Source of the DNA: a virus
DNA length: 51,381 nucleotides
Virus record (IMG/VR): IMGVR_UViG_3300045988_079259
Coordinates: 1-51,381 of that record
Direction: 5' to 3' (one strand)
The position numbers and the translations under genes were made by a program. The notes under the pieces were generated by a model. It did no database searches. It was not told the origin of the DNA and saw only the letters and a list, made by a program, of their open reading frames with translations. This document shows, in pieces, positions 26,199 through 34,397 of the stretch; within the stretch, counting starts at the first letter, position 1, and each line of letters begins with the position of its first letter.

Positions 26199-26787
26199 GT
26201 CTCTTTACTGGGCATGGAAAGCCATGAAACAGCGGACACAGAACCCTAAATGTCATGCTTACAAAAATTATGGAGCAAGAGGCATCTCGGTTTGCGCGGA
26301 ATGGCAAGCGTTCGAGCCGTTTTGCGAATGGGCGTTGACAAATGGCTATCAACAAGGTCTTGACCTCGACCGCGTAGACAACGACGGAAATTATTGCCCC
26401 GAAAATTGCCGGTGGATAACGCGTCAAGAGAACATAAATAATCGCCGAAAGACGTTGTTCTTTACCGTCGACGGAAAAAGGCTTTCGTGCTCTTCATGGG
26501 CAGAGTTGTCGGGCATTCCACGCGGTTCAATCAAGGTTTGGGCTGAGACAAAAGGATTTTCTTACGCAGAAAAACGCATCAAAGACGCATTGGTCAACGG
26601 ATACGTGCCCAAGGATTACGGGAATCAACGCAAGGCGGTTCGCCATGTTGAGAGTGGTAGAGTTTTCCGCTCGGTTAGAGAGGCTGCTGATTTTTTCCGC
26701 ATTAACAGCGGAGCACTTTCACATTGCATTAACCATACAGGCGGCAAAACCCGTAAAGGCAGATTCACCTGGGAAGAAATCAAATAA
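26173..26787 (+). CDS. homing-endonuclease-like DNA-binding protein (free-standing)
   Basis: The N-terminal pattern YWAWKAMKQRTQNPKCHAYKNYGARGISVCAEW...LDRVDNDGNYCPENCRWITRQENINN and a C-terminal FRSVREAADFFRINSGALSHCI HTH-like module are typical of phage homing-endonuclease relatives. Confidence 0.6.
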   Translation: MSTLRQRNKSLYWAWKAMKQRTQNPKCHAYKNYGARGISVCAEWQAFEPFCEWALTNGYQQGLDLDRVDNDGNYCPENCRWITRQENINNRRKTLFFTVDGKRLSCSSWAELSGIPRGSIKVWAETKGFSYAEKRIKDALVNGYVPKDYGNQRKAVRHVESGRVFRSVREAADFFRINSGALSHCINHTGGKTRKGRFTWEEIK

Positions 26788-26790
26788 AGC

Positions 26791-26822
26791 AAAAAAAGAG
26801 AGCCGCAAGGCTCTTTTTTTAT
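26791..26822. terminator. bidirectional rho-independent terminator
   Basis: aaaaaaagagagcc-gcaa-ggctcttttttt, between convergent genes. Confidence 0.75.
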
Positions 26823-26832
26823 TTATTCGCTG

Positions 26833-27480
26833 TCATTCTTCCGCAGTTATATTAACCTGATAATTAGATACAGGGAAATTGTAGTCGCTATCCATAATCG
26901 TAATTGTTGTCGATAAGGTTTTAACCACCACGTAATAAGGAATTTCCGGCTCTCCGAATGAGCGGTAATTCACCGTTTTCTTCGCGTTCGCCGCGCATGA
27001 ACCTCCGAGAGATACGACAGAGTAACTTTCGCCATTTATAGCCACCTCGCCGAAAGATACATCAATTTCCTTATCACATTTGTTTTCGATGGTTACTCTC
27101 ATGCTTCCGACATTCGGAAACCATTCTTTATCAAGAACCGTTCCCTGATATGTGATTTTAGCGTAATCGCCATCGTAAAGCACAGTTCCTTCGGGTATCT
27201 CAACAACCTTTTTGGTTTCGGCGGGGACTTGCTTTCTTATAGTCACAGTGCGCGAGGTTTCTTCGCTTGTCTCAGCCGCCTTTTCAGCTTCCAGCCGAGC
27301 TTGTTCTATGCTCTCTGCTTCCTGTCGTTCCCTGAATTCTTTCACTTTAGCGTCAGACCGCACAGAAGCATAGAAAACAAAAGCTATAGTAAGAATCGGC
27401 AGTATAATCGCTATTGTCCAAAGCGTTCTTTCCCTTTTGAGTTTTCGCCTGTACTTCCGTGCTCTATCTCCATCATCCAT
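26833..27480 (-). CDS. membrane-anchored protein of the lysogeny region (possible exclusion or moron function)
   Basis: 215 aa from ATG 27480. Basic N-terminus, one TM helix (LWTIAIILPILTIAFVFYASV), a coiled segment and then a beta-rich domain. Has its own promoter. Confidence 0.6.
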   Translation of the reverse strand: MDDGDRARKYRRKLKRERTLWTIAIILPILTIAFVFYASVRSDAKVKEFRERQEAESIEQARLEAEKAAETSEETSRTVTIRKQVPAETKKVVEIPEGTVLYDGDYAKITYQGTVLDKEWFPNVGSMRVTIENKCDKEIDVSFGEVAINGESYSVVSLGGSCAANAKKTVNYRSFGEPEIPYYVVVKTLSTTITIMDSDYNFPVSNYQVNITAEE

Positions 27481-27511
27481 TTTGTTATTCTTCCTTTCTC
27501 CTTTTTTTACT

Positions 27512-27540
27512 ATTTTATTATATTTTTGATAACTTGTCAA
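27512..27540 (-). promoter_or_regulatory. sigma-A promoter (TTGACA-17-TAAAAT)
   Basis: Minus strand: TTGACAAGTTATCAAAAATATAATAAAAT. Confidence 0.65.
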
Positions 27541-27547
27541 TGTTTTA

Positions 27548-27576
27548 TTGCATTTTTGTTCAACTTGTGGTATCAT
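27548..27576 (+). promoter_or_regulatory. sigma-A promoter (TTGCAT-17-TATCAT with an extended -10 TG)
   Basis: ttgcatttttgttcaacttgtggtatcat, about 28 nt upstream of the 27604 ATG. Confidence 0.5.
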
Positions 27577-27603
27577 TTTTTCAAAACCGAAAGGAGCATC
27601 AAT

Positions 27604-28068
27604 ATGAAAGTACTGAAAATTTTCCTCGTGTTTCTGCTTGTAATGGTTCTCATGGGCGCGTGTACGTTTTGGCTCAGAGCGAAATGGAATAGGGAATATG
27701 AGCAGGACGAACTCTATAAACGTAGTAGCGAGCTTTACGAAAAATCGAAAGAGAATTTAGCAAAAGAAGAGAGCGCAAGACAAGCGTTAGACCAAATCGG
27801 CAAAGACCTTGAAAGCAAACTTGACCAAATCGACCACGATATGTTTGTGCTTAAATATCTCATCGACGAAGCGTACACTTACAGCGAAAAGCCGGACAAA
27901 ACAGAAGCCGACAAGCTCATCTTAAACGCATTGGTCGAAGAAATAAACGACATGAGCGCAAAGCTGAGTGGAAGCTCGAAAGTAAAACTGAAAATCACCA
28001 TCACGGTTAACGGCAGTATAGCAGAACCCCGCGAAGAAATAGACAAAGAACTCGAAGAATTAGAGTAA
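27604..28068 (+). CDS. membrane/lipoprotein paralogous to a segment of the tape measure protein (candidate superinfection-exclusion factor)
   Basis: 154 aa. N-terminal signal/TM with LMGAC. YEQDELYKRSSELYEKSKENLAKE matches [27 protein letters not shown] (16/24 by hand). Further blocks also match: MFVLKYLIDEAY / [12 protein letters not shown] and LVEEINDMS / LISEINGMG. Confidence 0.75.
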   Translation: MKVLKIFLVFLLVMVLMGACTFWLRAKWNREYEQDELYKRSSELYEKSKENLAKEESARQALDQIGKDLESKLDQIDHDMFVLKYLIDEAYTYSEKPDKTEADKLILNALVEEINDMSAKLSGSSKVKLKITITVNGSIAEPREEIDKELEELE

Positions 28069-28082
28069 AACCAATCAATCCA

Positions 28083-28117
28083 AAAAGAGCAAGGAATTAC
28101 TTCCCTGCTCTTTTTTA
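28083..28117. terminator. bidirectional rho-independent terminator
   Basis: aaagagcaaggaa-ttac-ttccctgctcttttttatt. Nearly identical to the terminator at 43300..43340. Confidence 0.75.
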
Positions 28118-28534
28118 TTTGCTTTGTTCTTTTGGTTCGCCGCCGCCTGCTTGTTTTCGCCATTTCGCGACGTTCAAAGCGAATTTCTCTATCACTTTCC
28201 AGTCTTCCGGCTCAAGCTCGGCAAGTGCCATCACAAATTGCTTCACAAAAGATTCATCGGATTCATTCACTAATTTTCCGAACGCATCTATCAATGCATC
28301 TTCTGTGTCTTTCGGGCGGAACATATCTCCCTTGCCCGTTCTAAGCCAATTTTCGGCAACACCGTATGTATTGCATATATCGGAGATAACTCTATCAGTG
28401 ACACCTATTCTGCCTATCTCTATATTGCCTAAGTTCGAACGCGATATGTTAATTCCCGCCGCGAACTCTTCCTGTGTTATCTTGCAGGCTTTTCTGACAG
28501 CGCGGATTCTTTCACTGATTTTATCTTCGCTCAT
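28115..28534 (-). CDS. XRE-family HTH repressor (cI-like)
   Basis: 139 aa. The HTH region is IRAVRKACKITQEEFAAGINISRSNLGNIEIGR. Divergent from the early promoter. Confidence 0.8.
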   Translation of the reverse strand: MSEDKISERIRAVRKACKITQEEFAAGINISRSNLGNIEIGRIGVTDRVISDICNTYGVAENWLRTGKGDMFRPKDTEDALIDAFGKLVNESDESFVKQFVMALAELEPEDWKVIEKFALNVAKWRKQAGGGEPKEQSK

Positions 28535-28562
28535 TGATGTATCAACTCCTTTCCGTACTTAA

Positions 28563-28591
28563 ATTATACCATCATTGCAATTGTTTGTCAA
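28563..28591 (-). promoter_or_regulatory. consensus sigma-A promoter of the repressor gene, with palindrome ATTGCAAT in the spacer
   Basis: Minus strand: TTGACAAACAATTGCAATGATGGTATAAT. The palindrome CAATGACATTG lies adjacent at 28590..28600. Confidence 0.8.
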
Positions 28592-28635
28592 TGACATTGG
28601 ATAAAAATATTTTTTTATTTTTTGCTCGTAAATGC

Positions 28636-28664
28636 TTGACAAGCGCATTTAAGAGTGATATAAT
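28636..28664 (+). promoter_or_regulatory. consensus early promoter (TTGACA-17-TATAAT)
   Basis: ttgacaagcgcatttaagagtgatataat. The inverted repeat AAATGC-N9-GCATTT straddles the -35 box. Confidence 0.8.
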
Positions 28665-28717
28665 GATTACAGCAAACAAAATTAAGGCTTTCACAAACAT
28701 TTTATACGGAGGTAAAA

Positions 28718-28894
28718 ATGAAAAAGTATCAATTACAAGAGATTGACAATCCCGTTCTTGAAAGCATTCAATCAGCTTGCCTTGAATCAGGCGATATAGG
28801 ACGCGCAATCATTCTCGCATACGCCCAAGGCTATGTAGAAGGCAAAAAGCACCGTGAAGAGTGCAAGGACGACGAAAAGAAAGATGAAAAGTAA
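28718..28894 (+). CDS. hypothetical small early protein
   Basis: 58 aa with a GGAGG RBS; not in the track (below 60 aa). The segment GRAIILAYAQGYVEGKKHREEC resembles GRKVIVSYLLGYAAGKRHCEER of the next gene. Confidence 0.5.
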   Translation: MKKYQLQEIDNPVLESIQSACLESGDIGRAIILAYAQGYVEGKKHREECKDDEKKDEK

Positions 28895-29388
28895 TGGATG
28901 AAACTATCATTGTTCGCGACGGAAATTTTTATGTCAAGTTTGATGAAAGTTTGAACGAAATCGCGAGAAACAGCAACTTTTTCGATTTAATGCAAGCGTA
29001 TTTTAGAGCCGAAGACGAAGGGCGCAAGGTAATCGTATCTTACTTGCTCGGCTATGCGGCAGGCAAGAGACACTGCGAAGAAAGAAGAAAAATAATGACC
29101 AACCTCTACAAATTCAGCGAGTGGACATATGTTGACAAGGCAATCGCCGAGAATAACCACATATGCACCCGCTGTCACTGCGACATCACATCGGACCACA
29201 TCGAGAAGCCCGTCCTCATCACATACGACGGAGACAATATCGAGTATATCTGCCCCGACTGCACAGTAGACTTCTTCTTCTACTCCCTCGGCAAAACGTT
29301 GGAAGCACTGAACTGCGACCCCGTAGACACCGAGCAGGACGAAGAAGACCGAAAGGAGCGGATGAAGAATGCCGAAAGGTATATATGA
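28894..29388 (+). CDS. hypothetical protein with Cys motifs
   Basis: 164-aa ORF; its start overlaps the upstream stop (TAATG). Contains CTRCHC...CPDC. Confidence 0.6.
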   Translation: MDETIIVRDGNFYVKFDESLNEIARNSNFFDLMQAYFRAEDEGRKVIVSYLLGYAAGKRHCEERRKIMTNLYKFSEWTYVDKAIAENNHICTRCHCDITSDHIEKPVLITYDGDNIEYICPDCTVDFFFYSLGKTLEALNCDPVDTEQDEEDRKERMKNAERYI

Positions 29389-29560
29389 CAGAAGCAAGTC
29401 GAAACCCCGCAGAAAAACAGGAGGCAGACCGGCAGAAAACGGAATTTCGCCCGAAGACGCAATCGTTTGCCTGACCTGCACCAAGAAGGTGTGCTACGGC
29501 GGCAACTATTGCTTCAACGCCCGAAAGAAGGAACGAAAAGAAAAGGAGTTGGCAGAATGA
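29369..29560 (+). CDS. hypothetical small basic protein
   Basis: 63-aa ORF with an AGGAG RBS, ATGA-coupled to the exonuclease gene. Confidence 0.45.
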   Translation: MPKGIYDRSKSKPRRKTGGRPAENGISPEDAIVCLTCTKKVCYGGNYCFNARKKERKEKELAE

Positions 29561-30375
29561 AACGGAAAGAATCACTGAAAGAGTATCATTCCCAGCACTG
29601 TCTTTCCAAGACAAAACTGTTCCGTATCATCGACAAATGCCCCGAATGGTTTAAGTATTGCGAAGACCATCCCGAAGCAGCAGAGGAATCTAAATCACTT
29701 CTGTTCGGCGCGGCACTTCACAAGTACGCGCTTGAACCGGAATCATTTTTCGACGAATACGCAGTAATGCCGAATGTTGACAGGCGTACAAAGGCAGGAA
29801 AAGAAGAGTATATCGCATTTTCCGAAAGCATAGGTACAAGAGATGTGATATCAAACGACGATTTTACCGTTATACAGCAGATGAACTCAAAAATCAAATC
29901 ATTCCCCCTCGCGAAATACCTGCTGACAGGTGAAATCGAAACCTCGTACTACTATAAAGACAGTCTGACAGGAATAGACCTGCAAGCAAGACCCGACGTT
30001 TACAAGCGTGTCGGAGAGCGCGGATTGATAGTCGACCTCAAAACGTGTGCAAGCGCAGACAGCGATACTTTCCGCAAATCCGCAGTAAACTACGGCTACG
30101 ATATGCAAGCCGCGATGTTTATCGATGCTTGTACCGCCGAATACGGTATCCCGTGCGACTTTGTGTTCGTTGCAGTCGAAAAAACACCGCCATATATGGT
30201 AAATGTGCTGTCGGCTGACGAACTGCTTATCAAGTACGGCAGAGACAGACTGAGAGAAGCCATAGGAATTTACAAAGAATGCTCCGAATCCGGCAACTGG
30301 TACGGTTACAACGGATTCTCAGGCATAATAAACAACCTCGGATTACCATCATATTTAGCAAAGGAGATTCAGTAA
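29557..30375 (+). CDS. PD-(D/E)XK-type exonuclease (RecE/YqaJ-like)
   Basis: 272 aa from ATG 29557 (AAGGAG RBS). The motif region is RPDVYKRVGERGLIVDLKTCASADSDTFRKSAVNYGYDMQAAMF. Coupled to the annealing protein gene. Confidence 0.65.
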   Translation: MKRKESLKEYHSQHCLSKTKLFRIIDKCPEWFKYCEDHPEAAEESKSLLFGAALHKYALEPESFFDEYAVMPNVDRRTKAGKEEYIAFSESIGTRDVISNDDFTVIQQMNSKIKSFPLAKYLLTGEIETSYYYKDSLTGIDLQARPDVYKRVGERGLIVDLKTCASADSDTFRKSAVNYGYDMQAAMFIDACTAEYGIPCDFVFVAVEKTPPYMVNVLSADELLIKYGRDRLREAIGIYKECSESGNWYGYNGFSGIINNLGLPSYLAKEIQ

Positions 30376-31232
30376 TGAGAAGCGACACCTCAACTACAAA
30401 CGTTCAGGAATACGCACAAGCCCCGAATATGCCGCAGTCGGCTAATGTGCCCACAGGAGATATAAATCAAGGCACGGTGCTCATAGAGAGCCAGAGAGCA
30501 ATTGCAGAAGCACAAGGCAAGCTTATAATTGCACAGCGTTTCCCTCGCGACCCCATCAGAGCATACGCGAAGGTCATGGAAGCTTGTCAGAGACCTTCAC
30601 TTGCAAATTCAGCTTTTTACAGCTACAGCCGCGGCGGTTCTTCCGTTTCCGGTCCTACTATCAGATTTGCGGAAGAGCTTGCAAGATGCTGGGGAAACAT
30701 AGACTACGGCATTAAAGAACTTTCTCAGGATAACGGAAAATCGGAAATGCAGGCTTATGCATGGGATTTGGAAACAAATACAATCAGCACCCAGAACTTT
30801 ACCAATCCGCATATACGCGAGACAAGGACAGGTTCGGTGCAGCTCACATCACAGCGCGATATATATGAGCTTAACGCCAACATGGGCGCGAGACGCTTAA
30901 GAAGCCGCATACTTGCTATTCTTCCCGCCGACCTTGTTGAGGATGCTATTAAAAAGTGCAAAGAGACAATAGCCGGAAAATCAGATGAACCGCTTGTCGA
31001 CAGAGTAAGAAAAATGGTAGTTCAGTTCGCGAAGTACGGCGTAACGCAAGAGCAGATAGAAAAACGTCTCGGTAGAAAAATAGATACCATGAACACAGAA
31101 GACTTCGTTGAGTACGTCGGTATCTTCAATTCGCTCAAAGAGGGCGCGTCGAAAATTGCTGAGTGGTTTGATTCAGCTCCCGAAGCTAATGAGCTTACAG
31201 CGAGCATCGAAGCTGCAATGAAAGCGGAATAG
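30375..31232 (+). CDS. putative single-strand annealing protein (recombinase; family not resolved)
   Basis: 285 aa with TAATG coupling to the exonuclease. Assigned from pairing and position; I could not assign it to RecT, Redbeta or Erf by eye. Confidence 0.5.
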   Translation: MRSDTSTTNVQEYAQAPNMPQSANVPTGDINQGTVLIESQRAIAEAQGKLIIAQRFPRDPIRAYAKVMEACQRPSLANSAFYSYSRGGSSVSGPTIRFAEELARCWGNIDYGIKELSQDNGKSEMQAYAWDLETNTISTQNFTNPHIRETRTGSVQLTSQRDIYELNANMGARRLRSRILAILPADLVEDAIKKCKETIAGKSDEPLVDRVRKMVVQFAKYGVTQEQIEKRLGRKIDTMNTEDFVEYVGIFNSLKEGASKIAEWFDSAPEANELTASIEAAMKAE

Positions 31233-31234
31233 AA

Positions 31235-31690
31235 ATGAAGATTATAGTCGACACAAGAGAAAAGCCGCAAGCAATAGCGCAAATCCTCGAATACTTCGAG
31301 CAGAACGGAATCGAGTACGAAAAACACAAGCTCGATACGGGAGACTACATGAGAGAAGATAACCCGCTACTCACAGTCGACCGCAAACAAAATCTCGGTG
31401 AAGTCGCGAACAACCTTACGAACGACAACGGAAGATTCATGCGTGAGGTGCGTAGAGCTTCTGAGAGCGGACAAAAGCTAATAGTCCTTGTAGAACACGG
31501 TGGCAGGATAAAGACGCTCACAGACGTTCACAGTTGGCAGAATCCCATAAGAACGAAGCACCCCGAAGCAATAGATGGCAGAGCACTTTTAGAGCGTATG
31601 CATAGAGTATCGGTGATGTACGGCGTTGAGTGGCGGTTTTGCGATAAGGTCAACACAGGCGCGGAATTAGTGAGGGCTTTAAATGCCTAA
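31235..31690 (+). CDS. ERCC4-type nuclease (putative junction resolvase)
   Basis: 151 aa with VDTREK...DTGDY...VDRKQ motifs typical of the ERCC4/Hef nuclease fold. Confidence 0.6.
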   Translation: MKIIVDTREKPQAIAQILEYFEQNGIEYEKHKLDTGDYMREDNPLLTVDRKQNLGEVANNLTNDNGRFMREVRRASESGQKLIVLVEHGGRIKTLTDVHSWQNPIRTKHPEAIDGRALLERMHRVSVMYGVEWRFCDKVNTGAELVRALNA

Positions 31691-31928
31691 GCGCGGAAGC
31701 GGAAAACTGTACGAGCTGAACGGCGAACGGCATACGCTGACGGAGTGGTGCAAGCTCTACGGCGTACCAGTGCAGAGGACGCAGGGAAGAATCAGCCGCG
31801 GCAGCTATACCCTCCACGAAGCACTCACAACGCCGCAGGGAAATCACATACAATCACGCAGACGAAAGGAGGCACGGAAAAATGAGAAAGGCAACGGAAA
31901 TAATAGACGAGAGACAACTTGTGAGTGA
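31683..31928 (+). CDS. hypothetical small DNA-binding-like protein
   Basis: 81-aa ORF (LNGERHTLTEWCKLYGVPVQRTQGRISRG) with a basic tail. Confidence 0.5.
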   Translation: MPKRGSGKLYELNGERHTLTEWCKLYGVPVQRTQGRISRGSYTLHEALTTPQGNHIQSRRRKEARKNEKGNGNNRRETTCE

Positions 31929-32139
31929 GCTGCACATCAACTGGAAATCGCGCGGCTACACCGACGGCAGAATAGCAGACCTGCTTGAAATAGAACCGAA
32001 AACAATAAGCTATAAACTCAGCGGAATCAACCCCGCCAATAACGGCAGAAAAGCGCATTTCAAGTTGAACGAGATAATGCAGATAATACACTATCTCGGC
32101 TTCAAGCTCTATCTCGTGAGAGAGGATGATGCGAAATGA
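31882..32139 (+). CDS. hypothetical HTH-like protein
   Basis: 85-aa ORF (GRIADLLEIEPKTISYKLSG). Confidence 0.5.
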   Translation: MRKATEIIDERQLVSELHINWKSRGYTDGRIADLLEIEPKTISYKLSGINPANNGRKAHFKLNEIMQIIHYLGFKLYLVREDDAK

Positions 32140-32963
32140 ACATTCCCGACAAGTGGAAAAACGAACTCAACTCACTCTCTCAAAAGGACTACATCGCACT
32201 GACAAAAGCCATTTTGTTCGACCTTCCCGAACCGCAGATATCCGAGAATAATCAGTACATAGCAGACAGGATATATGAGGGATTTAAGAAGACCGAGTAT
32301 AACAAAATAGCAAAGAGAAAATCACGGACGTCAATCGGACGTCAATTTGACGTCAATTTGACGTCAAACGGAAGTCAAACGGAAGTCAATTTGACGTCAA
32401 TCAAAGAAGAGAGAAAAGAAGGTGTCCCCCCTTGTTCCCCCCTTCCTCTTCCCCCCACACCCCCTATTACTAACCCCCCTATAATCCCCCCTTCCCAAGA
32501 AAAGAGAGAAGAAGCGACTGATAGCGCGGGCGCGGGCGCGTGTGAGGACGAGCAGATACCCTTTGCCCCCCTTAACCCGCCGGAATCCGAGGTTAAGCAC
32601 AGAAAACCGACGATTGAAGAGCGTTTTGAAACTTTATGGGCAGAATACCCCAAGAAAAGCGGCAAAAAGAACGCTTTTGAGAGCTATAAGAAAGCTATAG
32701 CAGCCGGAGTAACCGACGAGACTATTGCCGACGGTATCAGGCGGTACAAGGACTACATAGCCGCAAAGCGCACAAGCGAACAGTACATACTTACAGGCTC
32801 GACGTATTTCTACCAGTGGCGTTGGCAGGACATATACGACACCGTATCAGCCGCACCAACTTGCAGCGAAAAATCGGGAGGTGATGAATTTCTGAATTAC
32901 CTCAACGAGGAACTTGAAAAAGAAAAAGCGAAAAGAAAAAGCCGATGGACAGAACAGACGTAA
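32136..32963 (+). CDS. replisome organizer-like protein containing the putative lytic origin
   Basis: 275-aa ORF. The internal 11-bp tandem repeats and a Pro-rich linker are encoded by a C-rich tract. Located upstream of the G39P-like loader. Confidence 0.55.
   Translation: MNIPDKWKNELNSLSQKDYIALTKAILFDLPEPQISENNQYIADRIYEGFKKTEYNKIAKRKSRTSIGRQFDVNLTSNGSQTEVNLTSIKEERKEGVPPCSPLPLPPTPPITNPPIIPPSQEKREEATDSAGAGACEDEQIPFAPLNPPESEVKHRKPTIEERFETLWAEYPKKSGKKNAFESYKKAIAAGVTDETIADGIRRYKDYIAAKRTSEQYILTGSTYFYQWRWQDIYDTVSAAPTCSEKSGGDEFLNYLNEELEKEKAKRKSRWTEQT
32327..32403. repeat. seven tandem 11-bp repeats (GACGTCAATTT-type): candidate lytic ori iterons
   Basis: GACGTCAATCG GACGTCAATTT GACGTCAATTT GACGTCAAACG GAAGTCAAACG GAAGTCAATTT GACGTCAATCA. 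One-helical-turn periodicity, inside the organizer gene. Confidence 0.8.
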
Positions 32964-33553
32964 TATCAACGCTGAAAATTCTCAAAGTCGCATATCCCGG
33001 ATTTTACTCGAAGATGAGCAAAACGGACGCAGAGGACACCGTATCTGTGTGGTGCGATATGTTTTGCGAAGAGGACGTGAACGTTGTCAAAATCGCTCTG
33101 TACAAGGTCATTGAAGAACACACAGGCTTTCCTCCGACGATAGCGGACATCAAGACGCAGATACGAGAAATGCGCAGAGCGGCGACGGGAGAAAAGACGG
33201 ACGAAGAACTGTGGTCTCAGCTGAAAGCGGCAGTGTCGAACGGCTACTACGGAGCAAAAGAGGAATTCGCGAAACTTCCTCCCGAACTGCAAAGATACCT
33301 CGGAACGCCTAACACTCTCCGCGAACTTTCACAGGTTGACACCGATACGTTTAACACCGTCACTCACGGGCAGTTCCTCAAACAGATAGGCATCATCCGC
33401 GACAGAGTGAGATTTGATAACGAAACGCCGCCCGAAATCAAGGCACTGCTCGGCACAGTAACAAAGCCGATACCCGCAAACAACAGACTTACCGAAAACG
33501 AATTTAACGAGAGCAGAAACAGACTGCTCGACACATTACAAAACAATCCGTAG
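32945..33553 (+). CDS. G39P-like helicase loader
   Basis: 202 aa. The N-terminus VISTLKILKVAYPGFYSKMSKTDAEDTVSVWCDMFCEEDVNVVKIALYKVIEEHTGFPPTIADI resembles the SPP1 G39P loader family pattern. Confidence 0.55.
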   Translation: MDRTDVISTLKILKVAYPGFYSKMSKTDAEDTVSVWCDMFCEEDVNVVKIALYKVIEEHTGFPPTIADIKTQIREMRRAATGEKTDEELWSQLKAAVSNGYYGAKEEFAKLPPELQRYLGTPNTLRELSQVDTDTFNTVTHGQFLKQIGIIRDRVRFDNETPPEIKALLGTVTKPIPANNRLTENEFNESRNRLLDTLQNNP

Positions 33554-33568
33554 AAAGGACACAATACA

Positions 33569-33793
33569 ATGACAGACAACACAATACTCGCAGATTTCGC
33601 ACCATGGAATCCCGCAAGCCGTAAACCGAAAGCATCCGGCAAGTACCTTATCTGGACGAACGACGGAAGCATGATGGTAGCCGATTACTCCGTAAAATAC
33701 GACGGATGGGGAATCCTGCCGGACGGCGGCAGAGCCTACGAAATCAAAGACGTTGAGTTCTGGATGAGCATTCTTCCCCCGACAATCTTCTGA
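33569..33793 (+). CDS. hypothetical protein
   Basis: 74-aa ORF with an AAAGGA RBS. Confidence 0.5.
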   Translation: MTDNTILADFAPWNPASRKPKASGKYLIWTNDGSMMVADYSVKYDGWGILPDGGRAYEIKDVEFWMSILPPTIF

Positions 33794-33810
33794 ACGAAAG
33801 GACAAAGGCA

Positions 33811-34119
33811 ATGAAACAAAGGCTGATACAGAATACACTGATATCGAGCGGCGTGACAATGCTCGGAGTTATAACCTCATGCGGAATGTGGTACTACACC
33901 GTTCCCTCATGCGTCGTGTTCGCCGTAAGCGCATTGACAATGTGTCTGCTCACCATAGCAATAACAGCCGTCAGAGAGCTTTTCAGAGCGTATGAGCGCA
34001 CACTGCCGAGAAAGCGCAGGAGAATCCGCATGAGATACGACAGCCGCGGAATGCACACCGACAGTCAGCGTCTCGGCTACGTATCGGCGGAAACAATCAG
34101 AGAGGTGTGCAGAAGATGA
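33811..34119 (+). CDS. hypothetical membrane protein (2 TM)
   Basis: 102-aa ORF with two hydrophobic helices and an Arg-rich tail. Confidence 0.55.
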   Translation: MKQRLIQNTLISSGVTMLGVITSCGMWYYTVPSCVVFAVSALTMCLLTIAITAVRELFRAYERTLPRKRRRIRMRYDSRGMHTDSQRLGYVSAETIREVCRR

Positions 34120-34139
34120 AAAACGAAAGGAGCAAAACA

Positions 34140-34397
34140 ATGACTGACGCAGAAAGATGCGTAACGTGCGGAGCTGTGATACCCGAAGGGAGACAGGTAT
34201 GCCCGATATGCTATGCGAAATACCACAACGACTACTCTGAAGAGCTGGCGTACCTCTGGAAGGTGCTGAAAAAGACCGAAAGCAGTCTCAAAACAGCCGA
34301 CAAGAGAAACGCGCCGAACGAAGAACGCGCAAACCTCCGCAAAAGGCGCGATATGCTGTACACGATAATCAACATTGTGGAGGACGCGGGAGCATGA
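34140..34397 (+). CDS. small zinc-ribbon protein
   Basis: 85 aa from ATG 34140 (AAAGGAG RBS). Contains CVTCG...CPIC. Confidence 0.55.
   Translation: MTDAERCVTCGAVIPEGRQVCPICYAKYHNDYSEELAYLWKVLKKTESSLKTADKRNAPNEERANLRKRRDMLYTIINIVEDAGA

Noticed and set aside
27229-27603. N-terminal extension of the 279-aa plus-strand ORF (and similar long starts at 24779, 29467, 30279, 40468, 12644 and 7676)
   Set aside because: The extensions overlap oppositely oriented or upstream genes and lack RBSs. Internal ATG/GTG codons with strong RBSs or ATGA coupling give the biologically sensible starts used in the feature list.
28083-28117. Near-identical terminators at 28083 and 43300 as ends of a mobile cassette
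   Set aside because: The shared sequence is limited to the ~30-nt hairpin, and the flanks are unrelated. Reuse or convergence of a good bidirectional terminator is sufficient explanation.
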